A DNA stretch of 32,000 bases from Candidatus Saccharimonadota bacterium (GTDB taxonomy: Archaea; Nanohalarchaeota; Nanosalinia; Nanosalinales; Nanosalinaceae), in NCBI RefSeq assembly GCF_047555085.1, contig NZ_CP180230.1, positions 420,001 to 452,000 of the forward strand, read 5' to 3'. Position 1 is the first letter of the stretch. Each line of letters begins with the position of its first letter. This document shows positions 25,874 through 32,000 of the stretch, one piece after another. The position numbers were made by a program, and so were the translations under genes. Under the pieces are notes generated by a model. That model saw only the letters and a program-made list of their open reading frames with translations. It was not told where the DNA came from and ran no database searches.

Positions 25874-26206
25874 TTATCCCTGCAGACCTGAGAACCTGTC
25901 TCTAAGTTCCTTGAATTTTTCCTGAAGCTGTTCTTCCTTCTTTTCGAGGCTCTGCTTTCGAACCTCCAGATCTTCTTTCTTCTCCTCCAGCTCATCTTCA
26001 AGCTGTTCTCTGTCACGGGAAACAAGTATGTTCCCTACAGACTTGTAGACATCTCCCTTGTCACTTTTACCAAGTTCTTCAAGAGACTTGTCAATTCCAT
26101 CAAGTTCAGTAAGTGTTTCCTCTTTTTGCATGTTAACCTGCTGTAGCTGGCTCTGAACCTGCTGCAGCTCCATCATTGCTTCCTGTGCATTGTTCTCTTC
26201 AGTCAT
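25874..26206 (-). CDS. pfdB: Prefoldin beta subunit
   Basis: 110-aa coiled-coil / beta-hairpin / coiled-coil protein. Contains VYKSVGNILVSRDREQLEDELEEKKEDLEVRKQSLEKKEEQL. It starts 3 nt upstream of the stop-adjacent UPF0147 gene. Confidence 0.8.
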   Translation of the reverse strand: MTEENNAQEAMMELQQVQSQLQQVNMQKEETLTELDGIDKSLEELGKSDKGDVYKSVGNILVSRDREQLEDELEEKKEDLEVRKQSLEKKEEQLQEKFKELRDRFSGLQG

Positions 26207-26222
26207 AAATTATCTTTACACC

Positions 26223-26447
26223 TCAACGTTCCAGTAACTTCTTTGACAGGCTTAAAAGCCTGAAAACCGTATCCGAACTTCCACGTAAATGGCCAATACT
26301 TCCACTCTCAGCCCTGAAAACAACATTCAAGGCCTCATCATCAAACTCCAGACTGTAACTAACGTTTTCATCTGTAACAAGACTTGGACTGACACATCGA
26401 TAAAGTATGTCAGGCCTCTCGGCCTCGATATCAAGCTCAGCCCTCAT
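26223..26447 (-). CDS. pcc1: KEOPS complex subunit Pcc1-like
   Basis: 74 aa. ...ILYRCVSPSL....VSYSLEFDDEALNVVFRAESGSIGHLRGSSDTVFRLLSLSKKLL fits the Pcc1/CTAG fold pattern (A.d...LRas.n...r.l). The position between rpoP and pfdB is the same as in haloarchaeal genomes. Confidence 0.6.
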   Translation of the reverse strand: MRAELDIEAERPDILYRCVSPSLVTDENVSYSLEFDDEALNVVFRAESGSIGHLRGSSDTVFRLLSLSKKLLER

Positions 26448-26461
26448 CCCGAAAAAGGCCT

Positions 26462-26602
26462 CTAAATGGCTTCAACTTTTGAAGGAGTTTCAGGCCTCTT
26501 CTTGAAAAGTACTCTGTGACTGCACTTTGGACAGATAACTTTCTCATCGATAGGTTCCAGATCTACTTCTGTCTCGCAGTTGACACAGATGTATGCAGCC
26601 AT
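26462..26602 (-). CDS. rpoP: DNA-directed RNA polymerase subunit P (Rpo12/RPABC4 homolog), 46 aa; not in supplied ORF track
   Basis: My translation of the minus strand is MAAYICVNCETEVDLEPIDEKVICPKCSHRVLFKKRPETPSKVEAI*. It has a CxxC...CxxC zinc ribbon plus the R(V/I)L(F/Y)KKR signature. GGAGGAG SD lies just upstream, and the gene sits 3 nt after the L37Ae stop. Confidence 0.85.
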   Translation of the reverse strand: MAAYICVNCETEVDLEPIDEKVICPKCSHRVLFKKRPETPSKVEAI

Positions 26603-26605
26603 TTT

Positions 26606-26881
26606 TTACTCCTCCTCTTCTGCCAGTTCTTCTTTTGCCTCTTCAAGTTCCTCGAACTCTACTGTGGCACCTGACTTCAAGGCCTTTGAAAGAATTTCGT
26701 CTGCACCGGTGTCTCTGTCGTATGCTCCACCGGCTACTTTCTTGCCGGTTTCCTTGTCTTTCCAGATTCCTGCTGCGACTCTTTCAAATCCTTCTGGCGT
26801 TGACTCTGCTTCATCTACATTTTTTCTGATTCTGCTTCCGTACCGTGCTCCAAATCGCTTGGAGGACTTGTTTTTAGACAT
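26606..26881 (-). CDS. rpl37ae: Ribosomal protein L37Ae (eL43), cysteine-free variant with acidic C-terminal tail
   Basis: 91 aa. The N-terminus SKRFGARYGSRIRKNV...E..S, GIW and AGGAY are the eL43 hallmarks. There is no Cys anywhere. The canonical position is between rrp42 and rpoP. AGGTGA SD lies upstream. Confidence 0.8.
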   Translation of the reverse strand: MSKNKSSKRFGARYGSRIRKNVDEAESTPEGFERVAAGIWKDKETGKKVAGGAYDRDTGADEILSKALKSGATVEFEELEEAKEELAEEEE

Positions 26882-26935
26882 TATTCAGTTCACCTTTTGA
26901 GTTGCTCTATTGAAGTAAATAAAAGGAAAGTTTTT

Positions 26936-27724
26936 TTATTCCACGGCCTCTTCAAGCAGCTCGCGGAACTCTGAGGTTTTCTTCCTGACTTTTTCCATCG
27001 CTTCAACGATTTCAAGCGTTGAGTAAGGTGCTATCTCTCCTTTCTGCATCGCTACAACTTGATCGTTTTCGTCGATGGAGACTGTCATTCTTGCATCAAG
27101 GGCTTCTTCCTCGTCCTTGGTTGTATCGAAGACCAGTTCCCCGTTGATCATTCTTGCTGTGGCTGTCACAGGCTCTGTGGAAAGTTCTATATCCTTCCAC
27201 TTTGAATCCCTGTCAAGCTGTCCTTCATCTTCATCATACTCCGGAAGGTAGCCGCTCTTCAGTGCTGCCATTGCAGCAAGACTTGAAGCATCGATCAGGT
27301 TTCCATCGTTGTTCAACACGTGAACATCGATGAAAAGCGTGTAAACTTTCTCTCCAGGTTCAATACACAGATCCTGCAGATCAATAGCTTCTGACTCACG
27401 GATACCACGGTCAACTACTCTTGCAAGCTCTACACCGTCCTCTTGAGGAGGCCCGGACTCGAACTCTCGATCAGCCATAGGTGCCAGTTCAGCGTTTGTA
27501 ACGATAGTACCGGATTCAGGCCTGTCATCGTAAGGCTCTTCAACTTCTGTGCTGACTCCGACAACTACCTGTGTATCTCCAATACTTACCTTGGCGGATC
27601 CTTCAGCTGTCTCGTGGATGTAATCGGTTTCGATCTCGATATCTCTGTACTCTTCAAGATCTCTGCCGTCGTGTCTCTTTCCTTCTTTAACCTTCTTCTT
27701 GATATCTTTCTCGTTAAGCTTCAT
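26936..27724 (-). CDS. rrp42: Exosome complex RNase PH-like subunit Rrp42 (non-catalytic)
   Basis: 262 aa. RHDGRDLEEYRDIEIETDYIHETAEGSAKVSIGDTQVVVGV is the RNase PH domain 1 pattern. The position after rrp41 fits. GGAGGTGA SD lies 7 nt upstream, and the start overlaps the rrp41 stop. Confidence 0.88.
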   Translation of the reverse strand: MKLNEKDIKKKVKEGKRHDGRDLEEYRDIEIETDYIHETAEGSAKVSIGDTQVVVGVSTEVEEPYDDRPESGTIVTNAELAPMADREFESGPPQEDGVELARVVDRGIRESEAIDLQDLCIEPGEKVYTLFIDVHVLNNDGNLIDASSLAAMAALKSGYLPEYDEDEGQLDRDSKWKDIELSTEPVTATARMINGELVFDTTKDEEEALDARMTVSIDENDQVVAMQKGEIAPYSTLEIVEAMEKVRKKTSEFRELLEEAVE

Positions 27725-28473
27725 TATAGGTCACCTCCGTTGTACTTCTCCATGATAGTCTGTCTCTGCTGCTCGTATAACTGTCTGCATCCATCTTTCG
27801 CTAGCTCGATGCAGTCCTCTACCTGTTGAGTTGTCAGATCTCCATCCATCTGGAGAAGTGTAATCTTGTCCTCGTCCTTCGTGTTTTCATCATCGCTCTT
27901 GTTGATCGTTGCAATAGGGATATCGGCGTTACCTTCCTTATCCTCCTTCCCGTTGACGTCAAGAACAGGAGTTTCATCAACAACACCTGCTGCACACGCA
28001 GAAACCATTCCCTTCATAGGAATACCGGCATCTGCAAGAGCTAGAGCTGCTGCTGTAATACCTGTAACACGTGTCCCTCCATCAGATTCAAGGATTTCCA
28101 TTGAGATATCGATTCCTGCAGTAGGGAACTTTTCAAGCTCCAGAGCAGGCTCAAGTGCTCTCTTCGCAACAAGGCCTATCTCCTTAGCTCTCCTGTTAGG
28201 ACCAGGCCTCATCCTGTCGTCTACTGAGAAAGGAGCCATGTTGTAACGCATCTTGATTACAGCACGATCACTTTCCTGAAGGTGCTTAGGATGCAAGTCC
28301 TGAGGTCCGAAAACTGAGGCAACTACACGTGTGTTACCGATCTCGACCATTGCAGAACCATCGGCTTCGTCAAGAACTCCGATCTCCATACTTGTATCTC
28401 GCAGTTCGTCAGCTTTTCTGCCGTCAACTCTTCTTCCTTCATCATCAAACCATTCAATTTCTTCTTCGCTCAT
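27724..28473 (-). CDS. rrp41: Exosome complex catalytic RNase PH subunit Rrp41
   Basis: 249 aa. Contains RVDGRKADELRDTSMEIGVL.EADGSAMVEIGNTRVVASVFGP and the phosphate-site motif SDGGTRVTGITAAALALADAGIP. Confidence 0.92.
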   Translation of the reverse strand: MSEEEIEWFDDEGRRVDGRKADELRDTSMEIGVLDEADGSAMVEIGNTRVVASVFGPQDLHPKHLQESDRAVIKMRYNMAPFSVDDRMRPGPNRRAKEIGLVAKRALEPALELEKFPTAGIDISMEILESDGGTRVTGITAAALALADAGIPMKGMVSACAAGVVDETPVLDVNGKEDKEGNADIPIATINKSDDENTKDEDKITLLQMDGDLTTQQVEDCIELAKDGCRQLYEQQRQTIMEKYNGGDL

Positions 28474-29162
28474 TATTCTTCACCTTCGATTTTCTCGTCA
28501 AGCCATTCTTCCATCCTGTCTGTCAGGCCTGAAGTGTGTGCTTCCTCTTCAACTTTTTTCACTGCCTCTGCAGCGACTTCAGGGTACTGTCCGTGGATCC
28601 ATACAAGCCCGTTCTGCCCAACAACGATGTGACAGTTGGTCTTCTTGTTGATCTGCTGGACCATCGTTCCCTGGCGTCCGATGACACGTGGAACCTTGTG
28701 AGGGGAAATATTAACGATTCTTCCGTCCTCAAGCTTCCTGCATCGGTCATCAAGCATCGTCAGGTCGACATCCATGGACTCGGAAACTGAATCGATCTTG
28801 ACAACAATAGCATCTCCGACATCATAGAAATCAGTCAAGTCGTCTTCATCCAAGTCGACGTACTGATCAGAGGCCTCGCTGATATTCAGTGTGCCCTCGT
28901 AAGGAGAGTCCAGATCGACGTTCCATCGGGAGTAACTTACACGAGTTACTTCTCCAATGACGACATCGCCTTCTTCAGGGATGTAGCGTCCGTCCATCGG
29001 CTGTACCTGTACAGAATCTCCGCTGTACTTCACAGTACCTGTAAATTTCGAATAGATTTTACCTTGTTCAACGTATACTCCGGAACCAGGGCGCTGTTCG
29101 CCGTCATCCGCCACCAGATCTCCCGGAGCAACAATATCGTTATCTTCTTTAACTTTTGACAT
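28473..29162 (-). CDS. rrp4: Exosome complex RNA-binding cap subunit Rrp4 (S1 + KH)
   Basis: I start at the ATG at 29162 (MSKVKEDNDIVAPGDLV...). The S1 region is GDVVIGEVTRVSYSRWNVDL and the KH region is KVPRVIGRQGTMVQQINKKTNCHIVVGQNGLVWI. The 25 upstream codons of the track ORF are non-acidic and lie in AT-rich promoter DNA. Confidence 0.88.
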   Translation of the reverse strand: MSKVKEDNDIVAPGDLVADDGEQRPGSGVYVEQGKIYSKFTGTVKYSGDSVQVQPMDGRYIPEEGDVVIGEVTRVSYSRWNVDLDSPYEGTLNISEASDQYVDLDEDDLTDFYDVGDAIVVKIDSVSESMDVDLTMLDDRCRKLEDGRIVNISPHKVPRVIGRQGTMVQQINKKTNCHIVVGQNGLVWIHGQYPEVAAEAVKKVEEEAHTSGLTDRMEEWLDEKIEGEE

Positions 29163-29335
29163 ATTCAAACCACATCTTATATTACGAAAATTTGTTTCTA
29201 CAAAGAAACCTTTTTTATAATATACAAAACGAGACAAAACGTTATAAATCGTTTCTTAAAAACAGATGCAGAGATCCGGCATTCGGACCCTCTAAACCCA
29301 AAAGATATTTATTGTTACTATATGATGATAACAGC

Positions 29336-30193
29336 ATGAGCGATGGGCCTGAGCTCGACAGAAGAAATTTTCTGAAGTCGGGAGCCGTAACTTTTGCCTC
29401 TGCAGCAGGCCTTACAGCTGCTTCTGAAGCAGCAAGCAGTCTGCAGGGTTATAGTGAAGATAATGATGTTCTTTACGGACCTCACACGGAGGACAGCGAG
29501 CCCTATGATCCGTCTGAACTTTCAGATGATATAGATGGACTGTTCCTGGAAAACTCTGGAGACTACATGCATAATCCTGTAGCACATCTGGAAAATCTTC
29601 GATCAAGGCCTCAGTACAGGGAGCTTATCGATGAGATGGCTGAAAGAGAGATCCCGATATACTTTGGAGACGTTGATCTCAGCACGGATGCACAAGTAGC
29701 AGAGACAGGCCTCATGGCGGGAGAAGCAGGACTCGGAGCAGGCCTTGCAGCTTACGCAGGAAAAGGAGAAGATTTCACGGGGACAGATGGAGCTCTTGCA
29801 GGTATCGCCGGATGGCTGATACAGCCTTTCGCCACTTACTCGGCGTTCATGGGATCAGGTGGAGAAGTAGATCATGTGGAGGCCTCGAACGATATGCATC
29901 CGGAAAGTTTTGCCATGACAAGAGGCCTGAGAAACGCTGTAACTGCATACAAGCAAAATGAGATGGATGGGGATTTTGGAACTGTCTGGGGATCGCTTCA
30001 CAGAGGCTTCGGGGAAAGACTGGAGCAGAGCAGTAGCTCGCTCCGTCAGGAGATCGAAGGATATGATGAGGTATGGAAAAATTTTGTCGGAAATGAGGAT
30101 ACCGTGTCAACTGCTGTAGAGCTACAGAGCCAGGGAGGAGAATGGTATGTGGAAGAAGTCCATGAATTCCCTGAGCTGGATGAAATAGTCTAG
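29336..30193 (+). CDS. Secreted hypothetical protein with twin-arginine (Tat) signal peptide
   Basis: I start at the ATG at 29336: MSDGPELD-RRNFLKSG-AVTFASAAGLTAA-SEAASS. This is a near-consensus (S/T)RRxFLK motif plus an h-region. The mature part is acidic with two Gly/Ala-rich hydrophobic stretches. AT-rich TATA-like DNA (GATATTTATTG) lies 25-30 nt upstream. I recognise no family. Confidence 0.6.
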   Translation: MSDGPELDRRNFLKSGAVTFASAAGLTAASEAASSLQGYSEDNDVLYGPHTEDSEPYDPSELSDDIDGLFLENSGDYMHNPVAHLENLRSRPQYRELIDEMAEREIPIYFGDVDLSTDAQVAETGLMAGEAGLGAGLAAYAGKGEDFTGTDGALAGIAGWLIQPFATYSAFMGSGGEVDHVEASNDMHPESFAMTRGLRNAVTAYKQNEMDGDFGTVWGSLHRGFGERLEQSSSSLRQEIEGYDEVWKNFVGNEDTVSTAVELQSQGGEWYVEEVHEFPELDEIV

Positions 30194-30876
30194 TACTCCT
30201 TGACTTCAGCCTCTCCACCGGTGTACTCCTGTAGATCCTCCATTAACTCTGTAAGGACTCCTGCAGGAAGAGAAACTCTTGCAGTGAAGTAGTCGCTACC
30301 CCAGTTTTCCTCTTTTATGTCAGCTACCTGCTGCAGCTTATCATAGGCCTTTCCAGTCTTATCGACAGGAATCCTGATGGCAACATCTTTTTCCTGAAGA
30401 GAGATAGGGATAATCGGCTTAAGCAAATCCGTGGCCTCGTCGAAGGCCTCTTCAAGATCTGCATCCCAGTCAATGTGGAATCCGGCCTCCTCCAGAGCGT
30501 TTTCAACACGGTTCGGAGGATGAGGATTTCCGGTCTGAGGATTCTGGGCGCGTCTTGCGATCATGTTGACAAGCTGCTTCCATTTATCCTCCCGTATCTC
30601 TGCTTTCTGATCCGTTGTCAACTGCATCTCTCCTTTCTCGAAAACTTCTTCAGCGGCATCCAGCACCTGCTTTGTACCGAATTCCTGTTCAAGCTCATCG
30701 GCAGAAGCTCTTTCACCTGCTCCTGCATCCTTGAACACTTCCTGTACAAAAAGAAGCCTCTGGATATCATGATCTTTACCTTCCATCTTTGTCTCTTTCG
30801 CCAGATCAGGATCTACAAGTATCTCAAAATCTTTCCCATCAGAATAACTTATCTTTATCGCTTCCGAAGTTTCCAT
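30190..30876 (-). CDS. sdo1: SBDS/Sdo1-family ribosome maturation protein
   Basis: I start at the ATG at 30876 (METSEAIKISY...). Contains VFKDAGAGERASADELEQEFGT......AEEVFEKGEMQLTTDQKAEIREDKWKQLVNMIARRAQNPQTGNPHPPNRVENALEEAG, which is the typical SBDS FYSH plus central domain. The track's upstream TTG start is unnecessary. Confidence 0.85.
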   Translation of the reverse strand: METSEAIKISYSDGKDFEILVDPDLAKETKMEGKDHDIQRLLFVQEVFKDAGAGERASADELEQEFGTKQVLDAAEEVFEKGEMQLTTDQKAEIREDKWKQLVNMIARRAQNPQTGNPHPPNRVENALEEAGFHIDWDADLEEAFDEATDLLKPIIPISLQEKDVAIRIPVDKTGKAYDKLQQVADIKEENWGSDYFTARVSLPAGVLTELMEDLQEYTGGEAEVKEY

Positions 30877-30951
30877 ACCAGAAAACTGGAGGCCCAGTCT
30901 TAAACAATTTTCCAAAAGATCGCAACGTAGTACTGACTTAATTAATTACAG

Positions 30952-31635
30952 CTACAGGAGGCCTGAGTCTGGGAGACTGTATCTATCCGTCTCCTCCATC
31001 CACTGAAAATTTTCGGCCTCTCCATCGTAGGCAAGGGCCTCGGCGATATCTACCTGGGCCTCTCCGAAGTCTTCAGGAGTATTCTGCCAGATATGATGTG
31101 TATCCGTGACTTCCACCTGACGGGCATCCAGACGTCCCTCCATGGTGTCGTCGTAGAATACCACGCCATCAGTTTCAGGCTCCAGTAAGCCCTCATAACT
31201 CTGCATACCGGCCGGTATATCAGATCCGACGAATGCTACTACATCGTTTCTATCCATGACTCCTGATTCAAGTGCGTATGATCCTCCGCAACAGTACCCA
31301 AATACTGCTGTTTCTCCATCAAGCATTTCAACGGCTTCCCGTATCTCATCGAAAATTATCTCCGGTGAAGTATTGAATACAGGCCCTTTCTCCCTGTCGA
31401 TAGCCTCATCACCAAGATTCAGTGTTACAAGAGCAGAGTCCGTACCTCTACCGCCAAGAGCCTCGATTATATGAGTTGTTGGATCATGCTCTACAGAAGT
31501 CGGGAAACCTCCGACCACGAGGCCTGTATCAAAGCTTCGGGCAGACTCGTTTTCGGATTCATAGAACAGAGTTTCCGGCTCTATAGTCTTTCCTTTATCG
31601 GCCTCGAAATCGTATCCTGTTTCATCATCCGCCAT
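30952..31635 (-). CDS. Possible dienelactone-hydrolase-family alpha/beta hydrolase
   Basis: I start at the ATG at 31635 (MADDETGYDF...). AVFGYCCGGSYAL resembles the DLH nucleophile elbow G(F/Y)C.GG. A candidate His lies in TDTHHIW near the C-terminus. The assignment is weak. Confidence 0.4.
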   Translation of the reverse strand: MADDETGYDFEADKGKTIEPETLFYESENESARSFDTGLVVGGFPTSVEHDPTTHIIEALGGRGTDSALVTLNLGDEAIDREKGPVFNTSPEIIFDEIREAVEMLDGETAVFGYCCGGSYALESGVMDRNDVVAFVGSDIPAGMQSYEGLLEPETDGVVFYDDTMEGRLDARQVEVTDTHHIWQNTPEDFGEAQVDIAEALAYDGEAENFQWMEETDRYSLPDSGLL

Positions 31636-31670
31636 TCTGTTCCCCCCGTTTATTGGTGGAAATATTATCT

Positions 31671-32000
31671 TCACAAGTCGTTAAATAACTTGGAATCAAG
31701 ACTTTCCCTCAAAATATTTTTTATCTCTGAAGCATCACAAGCTGATCCAGAGGCCTCTATACCCGCTTCATCCAGAAGAAACTCAAGGAACTTTCTGTTG
31801 TTCAAACTGTCATGGATGTACGTGCCTCCGACGCCGGACTGATAAACTCCTTCATTCCCGTCTTCCAGACTGAACAGATTCTGATCCGGGACATCGGAGT
31901 TGCCGTAGTGGATCCTGTAACCGGTATATTTTTCACCTGAAAAACCGTATTTCACCTGCTCAAGATTTTTCTCATCTTCAAAAACCGTGTCAAAATCAAG
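31671..32000 (-). CDS. 3' end of an acidic protein-coding gene that begins beyond the window edge
   Basis: The minus-strand frame is open from nt 32000 (LDFDTVFEDEKNLEQVKYGFSGEKYTGYRIHYGNSD...) down to the TGA at 31671-31673. The GTG 'start' in the track at 31955 is internal. I do not recognise the function. Confidence 0.5.
   Translation of the reverse strand, partial: LDFDTVFEDEKNLEQVKYGFSGEKYTGYRIHYGNSDVPDQNLFSLEDGNEGVYQSGVGGTYIHDSLNNRKFLEFLLDEAGIEASGSACDASEIKNILRESLDSKLFNDL

Noticed and set aside
29163-29335. Upstream extensions of rrp4 (to 29237) and of the Tat-signal ORF (from 29156) that would overlap each other
   Set aside because: Both extensions run through the AT-rich divergent promoter spacer and encode Asn/Tyr/Phe/Lys-rich non-acidic peptides. 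Internal ATGs at 29162 and 29336 give canonical N-termini; the second places the RR motif at residues 9-10.
1-32000. CRISPR arrays, tRNA/rRNA genes, IS elements, integrases or prophage borders
   Set aside because: There are no short direct repeats with regular spacers. No spacer is long or GC-structured enough for a tRNA or rRNA. There are no transposase or integrase-like ORFs, and no terminal inverted or direct repeats flanking the LamG/Zn-ribbon segment.

Overview
Archaeal chromosomal segment, about 93% coding and roughly 45% G+C by eye, with a uniformly D/E-rich (halophile-type) predicted proteome.

Contents:
- (i) nt 3-8363: the 3' 8.4 kb of a giant surface-protein gene whose 5' end lies outside the window. 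It is built from tandem 385-425-aa Cys-patterned, sequon-rich modules and ends in a PGF-CTERM-like anchor.
- (ii) Housekeeping and scavenging genes (FNT channel, ProRS, SAM-MTase, MtaD-like deaminase, DEAD-box helicase, overlapping M29+M20 peptidases), interspersed with acidic orphan ORFs and two paralogous double-GNAT-like genes.
- (iii) A psmB-aCPSF1 pair.
- (iv) A compositionally deviant double-LamG gene plus a small Zn-ribbon ORF.
- (v) A minus-strand archaeal exosome superoperon, SBDS / Rrp4-Rrp41-Rrp42-L37Ae-RpoP-Pcc1-PfdB-UPF0147-SepF. RpoP is a 46-aa ORF absent from the supplied track.

An exosome combined with an acidic proteome, mid G+C and compact gene packing suggests a Nanohaloarchaeota-like (DPANN) genome rather than Halobacteria. 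This is inference only.

The two most unusual signals:
- The giant modular surface protein, for which I can name no family.
- Window-wide hyper-abundance of the palindromic hexamer AGGCCT. I hand-counted about 105-110 copies against about 6 expected from base composition, in all three codon phases, on genes of both strands and in spacers.

I saw no rRNA, tRNA, CRISPR array, transposase or integrase.
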